Assembly: GCF_006345805.1 (NCBI RefSeq) | Contig: NC_043006.1 | Span: forward strand, 72,664,001 to 72,728,000 | Reading direction: 5' to 3' | Length of the DNA stretch: 64,000 nt | Source of the DNA: Octopus sinensis | Lineage: Eukaryota | In this document: positions 38,583 to 54,021 of the stretch, piece by piece | Layout of the letters: every line of letters begins with the position of its first letter | Position numbering within the stretch: position 1 is the first letter of the stretch | Made by a program: the position numbers and the translations under genes | Notes under the pieces: model-generated | Database searches by the model: none | Told to the model about the DNA's origin: nothing | Seen by the model: only the letters and a program-made list of their open reading frames with translations

Positions 38583-41500
38583 GAGACATATATGACAAAA
38601 ATTGTTGATTACTTTTGGCCTAAATTCACTATTCTTTCTTTTGAAGCTCGAGGTTGTTAATTATGTAAAAATGCAATTTGTTATAAATCATGCTTTGCTC
38701 ATTCACTATTAAACATAGCTATTTTCTATTTTGCTTACATCTCTTTTGCTCTGTTAACACACCTGCTTATTGCCTTTCTCTGCACTAATAAGCCTCGATA
38801 ACATTTACTCTATTAGCAGCTGGATTTTTTTTTCCTTACATCAAATTATTTATATATTCTAACTATTCTCTATTTTTTTAAAAATTTTCTATTAAAGACA
38901 TACAATCATATATATATAGAAAATTAATTTTTTTTTTTTACTGTATTTAATGAGAAAATTTATTTAAAAAATTTACTATATTTCAGTTTTTAAATAAATA
39001 TCTCATTGATCTTATCTGAATTTTATGGATTACCTCATTCATGGGGGTAAACATTCCTCCTCTCAGTTTGAACTGCCTTTCATATAATGTTTCCTTTTTT
39101 TTTTTTGTTTTAGCTCAAGCAAATTTTCTTTCTATAATTTTGTTTCTTCTGTAAACACATTAAACAGGAATTCTTGAAGTCAATCTTGATTATTTTTCTC
39201 ATTAACATTTAAGTATACTAATAATATTCTCACATTTCTTGCTGTATTGTCATCATTATTATTATTATAACAACAGTTTTATTTTTCTGAACATGGGTTG
39301 GATGGGTTTGTTATACAGCATCAGTTTAAAAAAAAAAAATCAGTCCTATCATTGAGGCTTTGTGTTTAGATGTGGTGTAAATTTTTCTGAAGTTTTTTTT
39401 TTCTTTATGTAGTTCTTTTGGTACATTTGTTAACATATCTCCACATACAATCTCCTCTGAATATATAAATGTAGTTTTCTCTTTCTCAGAAGACAAGTGT
39501 TTCATTTATTATTTATCTCATGGTATATAGTTTCTCTCTAATCGGTTTTGTTTGTATTTTCAAATTCATTTTCTTCATTTTATTCCCCATCCTCCTTCTC
39601 AATCTCTTACACAGTTCCTCTAATTAATATAAGATTGCAATTCACCATAACTATTCTGGTTGCATTTACAGTAATTTTAGTAATTGTAGATGTAGGAAAT
39701 AACAGCAAATGCAACATTTGCTATATGTTAAGATTGGTGGAGCAGCAGACAAAGCACTTTGTAGAGGTTTATTCTGTACTTTATTTGTTCTGAATTAAAA
39801 TCTTGTCCAAATCAATTTATGTTATTATTATAACATAATCATGTTAATTGTTTCTTGAGATTATGACAGTTTCCAACATCTATCCTGTTCTAATTTTCAG
39901 TATATCTCTTTTTATATATATTGTTCCCAGTTCTTCCAAGACATTAGAGATGACTGTCACTTGCATCTCTCACAGTTTTATCAGATCTCTGACTAAGTCA
40001 AGACATTCTTCACTTTCCTCTGTTACGTTTCCTTCATTGCAGTGCAACAATCAATGTAGGATTTTAGATTCTCTTTGTTTGTTTGATTTGTATAACGATG
40101 ATGATGATGATGATTATATCCATAATCTCAGCTGGTCATGCTTGGGAATCCAGCTGAAAAAGTTTGTTGATGGTCATTTCTGATAGGGTCCTGTGGAACA
40201 GGTGCCTGAGGACTCTCCTCTCTAGGTGGATTTCAGCTTGCACAGAGAAATTGCATATGAATTATTTTGTAAGGTCTCAGTGGATGTGTAAGCCAATTGT
40301 TACAACCCTATTTTCCAGATGCCCACCTAAAACAAAAGAGTGAGAGGTTAATGAAATTCACATTAATAAGTATGAAGTAACTTAATTAATATGGAAGTAT
40401 TTTTTTTTTGCAAGGTTTCTGTACAGTTTGTGCTACATTGTTACATTTCTGCTATATATTAACACTTATAAAATCTATTTAATTATTCATTAATTTTCAA
40501 AATGTTACTATTCTTACCACTTTTATTAGTAATATTTTCATTTTCATCACTGGCTCATATTTAACAATAAATCTATTAGGTAAATAGAGTGCTAAAATCA
40601 GTGATCATAAGGAATGATGATTTTATTATGTACACAGATTTTTGAAGAATATTTAAAAAGACTTATTTCAAGACAAAGCTTACAGTAATAGAATTACTTT
40701 TTAAAATAATATGTTAGAAGTAGTTGTGTGTTGCACCTAACAAAATTTCAAAAATTGCTGACACTATATCATGTATGGTAAAATTAGACTTTTGTTGAAG
40801 ACACCCCCAACTTTAATTAATGCCTAGAATTACTTCCCTTACTTTCTTATGATAAAAAAAATTATCACATCATTCACCATATATTCAATATTACTTGAAC
40901 TTTATCCCATTTATTTAAAATGTAGAGTGGAGTGTAACATATCCTTGTTTAAATTGAATATTATTGTTGCTAATGGCACTGTAAAGAAAGTGAAAGGATA
41001 AACTTGTAAATTGAAATAGCCTCATGATTTTCAGCCTTGGTTAGAATTATTTCACTTCACTGTCTGTGATATGAGCTTCTAACTTTGTGTTTGTGTGTTG
41101 GTATAGTGAGTTATATTGACTCCAGTATTTAGCTGAAGCTTTCTTTTAACACAATTTAACTTAGAACAAACATAAAGGGACGCAAATGTATATCAAAGCA
41201 TTTTGTTTTAAACTCTGCTGATTCAGCCATCTGTTTACCCTACAGAAAACGCAACTTCAAATACATTATTATTATAATCATAAATTTTTCTATATGAGAA
41301 AGTGGTGGACACTAAATGTAACTTGTCTACATATTTTCTTTGTTTTTATTTTTTAAGTTTTATTCTAAAGTAGTTTAAGAAAATATTAGTCATTACCCAA
41401 CAAAAAGGCTACCAGTTCTAGATATGGAACTGTGGCTAGAAATTAGAAGTGACAAGAAATATAGCTTCCATTCCCATTACATGAAATCAATTGTCAATAA

Positions 41501-44500
41501 GCACTTAGTCCTCCAGAACTCTTCTGGGTCAGCAAATGCCAAATATAAACATCCTAATAAGGATCATGTGAAACATATCTCATATGTGCTTATCTTATTA
41601 TTATTGTTGTTAAGGTGGCAAGCTGGCTGAATCATTAGCATTCCAAGTAAAATACTTAGCTACATTTCATCTATCTTTTCAGGATCAATGAAATAAGTAC
41701 CAGTGGAACACTGGGGGTCAATGTAATCAACTAACTCTCTCCCCAAAATTTCAAGCCTTGTGCCTATAATAGAAAAGGATTGTTGTTATTGAATAGATTG
41801 CTCATCTATTTCTGTTACTAAAAAGTGTTACTGTGTACTTGAACTTATCCATGGTGTTGGTTGATCAAGAAACACTATCTTCTTGGATAGGTATATTAAT
41901 TTGTTGAGGTTCTACTTTATTTGTCCTGATAGTCCACATTCAAAGCTGATATTTGGCGATTGCTCAAGATTTATACTTTTAACAATGTTCTTTTTTCATG
42001 TTAGCTATTTTTTAGCTATGTCTACTGAGGCATCAAATTAATTAAGTATCTTGGCAGTGATAGGCTAAATACCATTTAGTATGCTAGTGCCCTTACGACT
42101 TAGACACATGCGACATTCAATTAAAAATGATGTTAATAAATTTCAAAATGTTATTATTGATTATTGTAGTTAGAAACTCATTTGTTTAGAAAAGTGCCTT
42201 TGTTGAAATGTAATGTATATACTAGTACATTCCTTTTCATTTTATGTTTTATTGCACTGATCTTATCTGAAATTATTGTTTTAAAATATTTCGTATAAGT
42301 GCCTTAATTTTTCATCTTGTTATAAGTTGAATGTTTGTTACTGATCTATGGAACAGTTAAAAAGTCAGCATTCACATTATAAAGTATATTCCCAAATTAA
42401 AAGCTTTTTGATCTGATATTAATGTAAGGCTCTCTTAATGATGGTAGCTTGCAGCTATTCTTGATTGATTCAGAATTTTCAAAAATAACTTTATTGTTTA
42501 GACAAGTTATTTAAAAATAAAATTAATGCGTGTGTGTGTGTTTTCAAACTTCCATTTTGTTTAAATGTTAATGTGTTTAAACTGTTTTGGGAGATTCACT
42601 CCTCAGTGCCATACAAAGCATTTATATCCCTGTAACTTAATCCAAAAGACATATAAGCTAGACAAACTTAGATGATGTCTTTATTAATATGAATGAAACA
42701 TAGTTGAAATGTTCCCTTACTCTGACAAAAAAAAAATAGACATAATTTGTAATAGCTTTCATATTAATCATCATGAGATGCATTGGATTAAAACCTTGTT
42801 TTCTTTCTCAAATCACTACCTGCTAGAAATCATTTTGGTCTTTGTGATACCACTAGGGAGGTTTATATGGTACCAGAATGGAGACAATTATAGGTAAAGA
42901 CAAATTATGGTCCTCAAATATGGAATGTTCTGATTAATAACTTTTAGAAAGTCTCTTGCTAGCATGGTTGTTAGTTGCTTATGCAAATTATGCCATACAA
43001 ATCGTTTACAAACTGGATGCTTCTTTATTCTTAATAACAATAAAGCATGGTTAATGAAGCATGTCTTAAATTTTTTAGTAAGAAGTGCAATATCTTAAGC
43101 TGTTATGCCAACAAGGCTTTTGCTTAATAAGTATTTACACTAATTACATAATCTGTATAAATTATGGACTTAAATTAAGGATTTCAGTCTTTTATATGTT
43201 TCCGTTTAGTATTTCATAGAGTGAATTAACTATAAAACTTATCAATGTTGAACAAAAATATTCTCAAGACTAAGGATATTGTTTGGAAATCTTAGAACTT
43301 CTAAATATAGTGTGATACAGGTCTGGTGAAAATATCTATTTAGGAACTAAAATGCATAAATGAATAGGTTTGTAAAGTAAATAAATGGATTGTCTGTCAG
43401 CTTTGATAATGAGCATTCTGTCGTTTGCTCACCCAAATTAGCATGTAGGTGGCTGAGCATTCCACAGACATGTACAAGTCAACATAATCCTGAGATAGAA
43501 TCAGCATGACACTGTGGACTAGGCCAGTTTTTGTTGAATGTGGTATTGCTCAAGGTTCAATCTGTCTGACAGGCTTCCGCACAGTTTCTGTGTCTCTACA
43601 GTTTGGGTCACGCATTGCCATGGTATTTATGAGTAGCTATAAGATTAAAAAAAGATTTTGAAATATATATATACGAAATTTGAATATATACATATATATT
43701 CATAATTTGAACACCAATTATTCACTGCATATCTATGATCTACGCATGTTCCATCAAACTGATTAATTACGGCAATTTCACCTATAATTACATTAATCTC
43801 AATCTGAGATAGCTAATCTCATGGACATTACTTCTCTTCCCTGACTAAATTATAAATTGTATATATAGAAAGTTTGAAGCAGTAGTTTCCAAACTTTTTG
43901 CAAGGAATGGAAACTGCTATACCTCTTTCCATTTATATTCTGTGGACCACCCACACCACCCTGATTTTAATGAGACCTTGAAAGAAGTGAACATTGTTTT
44001 AGAACATTTCAGGAAGTACTGATTTAGAGTATGCAGTTTATTATAATTATCTAGAAGAAAAAGTATTTCATATCACAGTGCACTTAGATTTTGTGATGTC
44101 AAATATCTTGTGCAAACAAGAAAAAGTTTTGTATCTAAAGCTAAGAACCTGTCTAGTTCTGAATATATATAACTCAGTTTCTTGTAGCTAAAAATAATGC
44201 AAAGTAAATATTAACAGTATTGTAAAATCTCTGCTTGTTAAATAAGATAGCCATTTGGTGCTGGATGTTTGTTTCTAATGAATTTCATATAAGTTAGGCT
44301 GTTTTGCACAAACCATTCTATGCAACCTGAATCTAATGGTGGGTTAGAAACCCACCCCTTCAATAAAAATGAAGGTGTGTGTCCAGAGTTCAGTGCTGTT
44401 GAGGTTATCTTTTCTAAGCCCATTGAATGGCTTGAATACGTTACTGTAAATTATTAGAATGCACTTTAATTCTACATAGTTTTACAGTGGTCAGTTTTAT

Positions 44501-45183
44501 CTATCCATTTCACCTGTTTACAACTGGTTGTTTTAAAGGTTAAATATCTTGGACTTGTAAATAGTTGAAGATAGAATATGAAACATTGTCTTACCAACCA
44601 AGATGTTTCAAACCCTATAAATTTGACCAGCCCTGACTGTATGAATATCACATTAAAAGTAGAAAGAAACTTATTAACATTTTTATGAAATAATCAATTA
44701 ATGAATAGTATGTAATGATTTTAACACCAAGAGGAAATACAGTGTAAACATTTGTCCTGTTTAAATCATTGCAAAATATAGAATAATTTGAAACTAGAGT
44801 GGAGAGACTGTATTTTGATATCTATTTTAAAGCTAGAATTGGTTGGACAGGTCTCTAGTGCTCATATTGTTGCCCATCTTCATCCTGTCACAGCATCTGT
44901 GAAACCAACTTCTTAAGATCTGACCTCACCGTTTCTTGCCATACTTCCATCGGTCTCCTTTTGCCAATGGTAGCATTTTTCTAAAGAGTCAAAGACTGCA
45001 CTAAAAAATTGTGTAGAAAAATAAACTTTATAAGTATTTACACAAATTGATTACAAAATTTGTATAAATTATGGACTTGAATTAAGAATATCAATCTTTT
45101 GCTAACTAAAATAAAAAGGTTAAGGTTGATTGTAAAAGTACATACGAAGGTTCTTAATTTTTTTTATTAGGTGTGTATGTATG

Positions 45184-45214
<31 letters not shown>

Positions 45215-47661
45215 ATATATATTTTACACATGTATATATATATCTCTGGCATATATATTCCTCCCTGGACAGGACACTGGTCCATTGCAGGATTACTCAT
45301 TTTTCCCATCTGAATGGACTGGAGCAATGTGAAATGAAGAGTTTTGCTCACGAACACAACACATTACCCAGTTCAGGAATCAAAACCACAATCTTGTAAT
45401 CATGATTCCAACACCCTAACCACTAAGCCATGCATCGCCACATTGTTTGGTCTGATATCCTATGGAAATTCATTGTAGAAAAGAAGATGGTTTATAAGAA
45501 TAGCTTTTTAATGCTACTTGCATTAAATATGTTAACATTGAAGTTTCATTGCATGTATTTGTTTTACATTTTCATCAGCCATGTGTTCTAATTAAATCAA
45601 TAGTTTTCTTAACGAGACAAAAGAAGCAATATAGTTCCTTCTTCTAATCTAAATGCCAAAATTCCTATATCAAAATTCTTTAGTTCTAATCTGTAAAATT
45701 TGTTTTCCTTCCTCTTATATTCTGGTTTGCTTTATATATTCCCCAAATGTAATGTGCATTGAGGCCACAGATATTACATAAAGTTCTGGAGAGGCCAGTC
45801 AAGAGGTTGTTGGTTTTATGCTGTTACTGGTATTGCATTGTGAATGGATAAAACACTTAAATTTCAAATACCCTCTTTTGCAAGGATTGTTAAGAAGAAA
45901 GGGAGTTTTCGATAAGCTGATTTGCCCTAGATTAAGTCTTGTGTAGTGCTCCAATAACTTCATGGGTTAGCTCACTACTATCACACATAATAGTGTGTCC
46001 AAGATTTAATAATGGAATTTCAGTAAGTTTGAATAGTGCACATGATCTCTATTTCTTCTGCGATAGAAAATATCATGATAAAAACCAAGTTTCGTCGTCT
46101 AATGTCTGCTTTCCATGCTGGCATGAGTGGACAATTTGACTGAAGACTGGCAAGCCAGGAGGCTGCACCAGGCTCCAGTCTGATCTGGCAAGGTTTCTAC
46201 AGCTGGATGCCCTTCCTAACACCAACCATTCCAAGAGTGTAGTGGGTGCTTTTTACGTGCCACCGGCATGGGGGCCAGTCAGGTGGAACTGACATTGACC
46301 ACACTCGAATGGTGCTTTTTCCATGCCACCAGCATGGAAGCCAGTCAGGCGGCATTGGCATCGATCACACTTGAATGGTGCTAAGTTTTTCATATTTAAT
46401 AATATCTATTTTTCATAAACATTTTAGCAAATACGAAAGTTTGTAATAAATTTATTCATCTAAAATTACATTTTAGTTGAACAATTAGTCTACTAAAGTA
46501 ATTATTTCTTTGTTTTTTTTATTAACAATTTTGCTGTGATATGCTCTCATCTGGGTTTGAAATTTCTTTACTATCTTTTTTATATTTTCCTTAAATGTTA
46601 TCTGCTGTTTTGTTTTATCAATTATCTTCATCTTAATCCATTTAATAAACCAGTAGAGATTGAGATAATTAATCTGAAATAGCAGTTGTGGATCTGACAG
46701 CAACTATTTTTATTGATAATAGTATTGATTAAATTATATTGTATTTTAACCATTTTATTTCTCTTCAGAATATTGAAACCTTATTAAAATCATCACAATT
46801 AAACAAAATTTTTTAAAAAGATCAATTACTTTTAAATTTAAGACTGCATAATGCAATTTTGTTTAGTTAAATCTTCCTTTATACTTGCTTAAGGAAACTA
46901 ATATTAGCATAATCATATTTTAATGATATAGAATCAAATATCCTACACAACTGGAGTAGAGGTAGAGAAAAAAAATTAATGTTAATAATTTGTAAATGTG
47001 TGTGTAATTACACATGTATGTATATACATACACATACGCACACATACTCAGTGTTTAATGTCCATTTTTCATGCAGGATTATGTTGAACGGGTTTGCAGG
47101 ATGGCATATCACCATAGTGAGTTGTGATGTCACCACTTCTTTCCATGTTCTTCTTGGGTTTTATTTTTGTCATGATTGTCTTCCACTATCACCAGTTTTT
47201 CACTTGGTATTAGCATCACCACACAACCCTACTAGTGCAACCATCTTCCTTATGCACAGTGGCTGATGCCTTTAAGTCCCTTTGTGTAACTTAACAGTAC
47301 AAATACAGCAGACCATACTTAATTCATTTCTGTCCACTCTTCACATATCTGTTGCATTTGTTGTCTAATTTTCTCACTTACAAACACTTCCTGCCGTCTT
47401 GCACTCTAGCTGGAGAGAGATGTACCTTATCAACAGACAAAATAACTCCCTGAATTCTTTTTCTTTTCTTCAAATCCTTTCTTTGGTTATGCAATTTATT
47501 TTCACTTCAGCTACCTCTTGCATTCATTCTTTCCTCTGGGCTGTATGTGTGTATATTAAATATATATATATATATATATATAATGTACGACATAATATAT
47601 AAATATATATGTATCTATATATATATATATAAAAATATATATATATGTGTATATATGTATA

Positions 47662-47707
<46 letters not shown>

Positions 47708-50700
47708 GTACGACATAATATATAAATATATATGTATCTATATATATATATATAAATATATATATATATCATCATCATTTACCATTCCATGATAAAAGCT
47801 GGTAAGCCTGAGGACCATACCAAACTCTTCTGTCAGCTTTTGCATAGTGTCTATGGCAGGATGCCTTTCCTAACACTAACCGCTTTAAATATAGGTCAAG
47901 AACAACTATTTTCCAATTTAATCTTTTTTTATTAGGGTTTTTTTCCCATTTCTACATTTCAGAGCCTTACACTAGAAATTCTTTTTTATCAGCTTTTCTC
48001 GGCTGTTTTCATAATGTTGATTACTTTCCTACCCCTTTTTATACCGGGCAGCTTTTGTTTATGCAGGCTTTACAGCCAAAATGTTCTTTATGCAGAGACT
48101 TGATTCTAGAGCATTAGAGTTCCATTTCATCAAATTTGTATTTTGACCATTTGAGTTACACTATCAAATTCCAGCTGTAAAACCTGTATAAATAAAAATT
48201 GCCTGATACAAAGGTACAAAAAACCCTGATAAGAGAGATGAAACTGGAAGACAGGTTTTCTATATATTCATATATATATATATATAATCCATGGAAGCAT
48301 AGGAAAAGTTGGTATTAGAAATATATAACAATAAGCACTAGTTTAGCATCTGTTTATTCCCTTTATTTTAATGTCATTTAGTGTTGTGAGCTTCAGGTGC
48401 TAATCATATATTTGTTTCAGTTTGATTATAAACACTTTTTATGTAGTTGGTTTGGAAAGGTATGTATTGTTTTACATGCTGTGGGAGACTATTCGATCAC
48501 AGCTATTTGTTTGTGTTGATGTTATGTTCAGTAATTTCCAGGTAGTCTTGGAATATATTTTTTGATGTTCTTTAACAATTTGATTGAAAGGCACTGTTGT
48601 GTCGAAACCATAATGATTTTGGACAGAGCAGTTGATGATGGAATGTCTATGTTCATCAGTTTTGGTTGTTATTGTGGTGTTTATATAGCTGTTTGTATGT
48701 TCATTTTTTTTTTCCTTTCTAGTTTGTCTTTTATGTAGTTTTATATTCTTCAGCATTTCAGTGTTAACCTTGATTGTATCCTTAGTTGTGTAGGATTAGT
48801 TCTTCCATTGTCTGGTATATATCTAAGTCTAGTTTTAATTGTTTCTATAATCTGTTGATTTTATGGTTATGGGATTGTATGGGTCATATATCAAATTGGG
48901 TCTAACTGAAAGTTCTGGTTTTTTTTTTTTTGTTAGAGTCAGTTTGTTAGGAATTTAGTACTTAAAGTTTAAATTGTGTTAGGTGTTAACTAGTACACTT
49001 GTTATGATAGATTTGTGACACACATACTCTTGTCACTTTTTCACATCTGAAGTTGATTTTGCTTCATAGGTTAACTTTACTACTAACCATATGTTAGTGC
49101 TTAATCCTAGATCAATCCGAGCTGAGCAGACTTACGATGAAAGGCATTGGAGCCTTTTATCCTGTATTTTTTATTCAAGTATAATATATCTAGAGCTTTA
49201 TTTTTCACTGTATCATTCATTTTTAATATGATGGTAGTGGGATTGGCAAGAAATTTAACTACTGTTTCTATTGGGTTGAGTGACTGCATGAAAGTTCTCA
49301 CATAGTACATCTAAATCCTTGGTTCTATGTCTGTCTGCTAAAAATGTCACTGTACCACTTACATGCATTGCTTCTCTTGAGTGTTTTTTTGAGTTACAAC
49401 CAGTACCTGCCAGTATTTCTTACAGTGAGTAATGATACTTCTATGGCTGTGAAATTTTGTGCTTCTATATCCTAATACTCTACTCTTTCCATAAAAGACA
49501 GTACATGAGAGATGTACTCTGAATACAACCTGCTTTTATTCTTGGTTCCTATATGTGGCAAGGTTAGCAGGTTCATTAAATTTAATTTTGTTTTTGACTA
49601 GACTGCTATTAACTTGGAAAATATATGTCATTTGCAAATCTGACTTTGTATTCTTTATCATATACACACACTCTTGTGTATTGTGTATGTTTATAAGTAT
49701 GTACAGTGTGTATCTGTAAATATTTGTGTATTTTTCATGACTTACCACTAGCTTGTCCATTATCATCATTTTATATCTTCTTTATATGTTGGTATGAATT
49801 GGTTGGGTTGTCACAGTCTTTGTTACCTTCTATCAGAAGCTACAATTCCCAGAAACTAGATGTTCTTTTGTATCACTGTCTTGGTTTTTACAGTTTGTTG
49901 CCTTTCCTAATACCAACCACTTTACAGCCTATATGAGGTACATTTATTTATGGCACCATCATTAGAGCTGTTGAACAGTCCTTAGTGAGACAGGACTTGA
50001 AGGGCATCATAACCTTACACATTCTCTACTCATTTAGCCAACCACTTTACATTGGAATAGTAGACTATGGCGGTGGGAGTTGACTTGTATACAGTGTTTG
50101 GAAAAGAAGCAATGATAGAAAGACCAGAAGCGGTTATTAGAGTGACCAGGATGGGGGAGTAAATGTAGATATAGAGAGTACACCTTATATGTAAAATCTG
50201 TGTATTTGTTCCAAATTCATTAAATATGTACATGTGTGTGTGTGTTAAAAATTGGAATGCAAATTGAAATAAAAGAATAAAAGGACAGAAGGAAAGAAAA
50301 CAACATTTTCACTTTATATTCTGTTATTCCAGTGTTAATAAACCCTATGCTTTTCTTAATAGACAATGGAGGATGGAATACCATCCTCTATTTTGTCCTG
50401 ACAAAGGGGCACTAATATCAAAATATAATGTAAAATGTAAACTGTTTTTTCTGTCTTCCTCACTTCTGTTTTTATTCCTTCATTTAATTTTGCATTGTAT
50501 TAGCTTTTAAGTAATTCAAGCTTTAAATATCACACGTTGTTTCACCCATATCACACTTACACACAAGTGTTTGTACATGTATTGTATAGATATAAAGAGA
50601 TTATTTTCTTTTCTAGTTGGTAGGCTGAAGTTATTTTGAAACATTTCACTTTTCATGCAGGTATACCTGAATGAGTCTGTTCCAGTATAGTATGTCAATG

Positions 50701-53249
50701 TTTGTTATGGTCATTTATCGTCTAATATACACAAGAAAGTCCCCAGCCTTTGTTGTTGTGTATGTCTTATTGTTGCCAAATTTATGGCTGGATACCCTTT
50801 CCTATTGCCAGGAAGGGTATCCATTTTACAGCATGGAACAGATGTATTTATCATGCTGAAAATTACTTTCCTTAACCTATATCAGTTTTAATTCTAAATT
50901 AATGCATCCCTCGGTAGGCTGCCTTTACTGCAGGTTGCAGAGTCCACATCTTCATTTGTTTTTGTTCCCTTTTGGTATATATTTTTTTAATGGCTGGATG
51001 CCCTTTCAATCACCAGCCACTTTACAATATGGATTGGGACTATCTTATACAAGTGCAATCTTCTTCCATATACGTGTGTGTGTGTTTCATTTATTGGACC
51101 ACAGCCATGATAGGACATTCCTGTCAAGGGTGTAGTCAATCATATCAATATCAGCATTTGTTTTACTGGTGGATTGCTGAGTTGCAAGATATAAAAGATT
51201 ATAAACACTGGTGCAGTTTTAGAACACCCACCACCTCACAACTAAAATCAAGACAGCCTTTTTTCTATAAACCAGGAAAAGGAAATTTAAACATTAAGAA
51301 AGCCTAGAGGAAGCATCCTCCTAGAAGTTGGGGAACCCACTGACCTACAACCTAGTTTCTATAATCTGGCCAGAAAGCAATGGACATAGGTAGACAGGCT
51401 AAGATAAGGCCATGGCAAAACAGAGGCTAGCCTGTATTGATAGGGATATTGTGCATCCCCTATGTGCCAGTGTGTCCGGTGTCTCCAAAAGGCACTCAGC
51501 AACTGGTGTTGTGCTGTCCGGATACTTCAATCCTGGGGTGATATGGAACAGTCAATGAGGGTGCCAAACTATATATCTCATGGATTTTTAATGTAAATTT
51601 TGTGGGATAAATATCACATATACGAAACAATAATGCTGTGTGTAAAAAATTAGTATATGTGTATACATATACCAACCAGACTGTCAGATGTTGCTACATA
51701 TCGCTGTTCACACTGTGCTTTGCATTGTTTTGGCCTTCAAATGATGCCACCCCACTGGCTAGATGAACAGGCCAACATTCACCCCTGATCAAAATGAGGA
51801 CTGGAACAATGTGAAATGAAGTGATTTGCTCAAGAAAACAAAGTGCTGCCGGTCTGGGAATTGAACCCATAATCTAGTGGTTGTGGGTGCAACAGCCTAA
51901 CCATTGGGCTCTGCTCCTTCACATATACACTCCGACAAAAGTCCACACACGAGATATTGGTCAGGTAGAACTATAATAGAAAATGTGCAGCATAATGGGA
52001 TTGAACTTAAAACCATATGATTAGAAATGAACTACTACTACTTGACGTAGCATATTCCTTTGTATATTTTCCTTTTATAAATGTATGTGTATTTGTGGAG
52101 ATTTGGCTGGCCAGAACCTAGATTATACTATACTCTAGTATAATCCAGGTTCTGGCTAGCCACATCAAATGATACAGAACAACAGGATTTTTTTTTTTTT
52201 TTTTTTGATTTTATTCAATATACAGTATATATATATATACATCATTAAAATGAGAATGGAAAATTGTAGATCCACAAATTCTGTTTATTACATTAATATA
52301 TATAATATATTCACATTTAATCTCTGTCTGACATGCATTTCTTCTTCATAAATATCCAGGGATTTACTGTGAATATACTGGAAATAATACTGTAATAAAT
52401 AGTCTTTGTGGATGTATAGTTCTCCATTCTTATTCTAATGTTTTATATAAATGATTGCACATACACACAATGTATGTGTTTTGTTTATTTGCCATATTTG
52501 CTGTGGGATAGCACTTGGGGAAAAACTCCCTAATAATAATGTTTTGGTGATAAAACACCTGAAAGTCATAGACTATATATATATATATATTTATACATAT
52601 ATATATATATATATATACATATATATATACACATATATGTAAAGTTGTTCACTTGATGTTTTGGTGGAATATGAGTTTGCTTAAAGAAGGTGGTACAATA
52701 CTAATTTGTTAGTAAAATATTCTGGCAACAATAACAAGACTGAAATGTTATCTTTGAAATATTTATTAGCTACTCATATTTCAGTTTAAATGTCCTTTTA
52801 GCTGTATTTCTTTGTGCAAAGAAACTCATTAAACACACACAGATTCATGCAAAGTTTTACATAGTTTAAAATCAAATGATTTCTGTTAATGGTGTTGATT
52901 AATTAAAGATAACTATTGATACTATAGTTGAAAGTAAAGATGCATTTCTCTGGTGTCAGTGTAAACACCTTCAAATATGCTTACATATGTCTATCTGCTT
53001 GGTGCTTCTGTTATTTATTCTTTTACTTGTTTCAGTCATTTTGACTGTGGTCATGCTGTGGCACCACCTTTTAGCCAAAGAAATCAACCCCTGAACTTAT
53101 TCTTTGTAAATCTGGTACTTATTCCTATCACTCTCTTTTGCTGAATTGCTAAGTTACAGGGACGTAAACTCACCAAGATCAGTTGTCAAGCGATAGTGGA
53201 GGACCAAACATATATATATATATTTGATTTTGTTGGCTACGCAGTATAG

Positions 53250-54021
53250 TAGAGTCAGTTGGGCACCGTCTGTGAGAAAAACAGCACCATGATGCAGTTC
53301 ACTCTCACAGTAATTTGGAAATAACATGCTCACACTGGAATCTCCAATACAAATATTTCAGAATGTTTGGATATCAATCTGAGGACAGTGCAGTTTGAGG
53401 ACATGTACCAACAGTCATAAAAATCAAACATCAAGTCAACATCATGGTGTTTGGAGTGATCACTAGTGATGGCAACATTATGTCTCTATTCATCTTCCCA
53501 CATGGCCTCATTCAACACGTAGGCCTACATCTAGTGCCTGGAGGAGGTATTGCTGCCCTGGGTCAAGAGAGTGACTGCTGGAAGACCCAGTGTCTGGCAA
53601 CAGGACTCTGCACCATGCTACACAAGCAGGAGAACCCAGTCATGGATATCAGACAGTTTCTGTGACCACATTACCCCTAACATCTGGCCACCTAACTCTC
53701 CAGACTGCAATCCCCTTGATGATTATGTGTGGGACACAACTGAATGAGAGACCAACAAAACTCCTTGTAACACCAAAGATGAACTGAAGGCAAGGATTAT
53801 GGTAGCATTCACCATCTTAAACAAGGAGACCATCCAGAAGAGTTGCAGGAGATTCTAAAGTCGTCTGGAGGCCGTGGTTGAAACCAGTGGTGATTTTATT
53901 GAATAAATTTACTCTTTAGTATTTCAAGATATTTTTATGTAATTAGGTAAATATATCTGTTAAAATGAGATGTCAGTGTTATTTTCATTTTTGCGTAGTT
54001 TAGATGGCAGTTTATTCACTG
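53250..54021 (+). mobile_element. Decayed, 5'-deleted Tc1/mariner element of the maT (DD37D) group
   Basis: QQDSAPCY...WPPNSPDCNPLD with 37 residues between the second and third catalytic Asp; in-frame stops; ends ...TTTATTCACTG. Confidence 0.8.

Noticed and set aside
37728-38660. Six long ORFs of 94-275 aa on both strands
   Set aside because: They are translations of the (TA)/(TATG) satellite, low in complexity and without splice context
39690-39767. CxxC-containing frame DVGNNSKCNICYMLRL, a possible PHD start
   Set aside because: It lacks the further PHD ligands and the DPF CDFC pattern, and the donors are weak or in the wrong phase
48430-49450. Possible Penelope-like (GIY-YIG) remnant on the minus strand
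   Set aside because: Too degenerate to show a catalytic motif, so it is not supportable by eye
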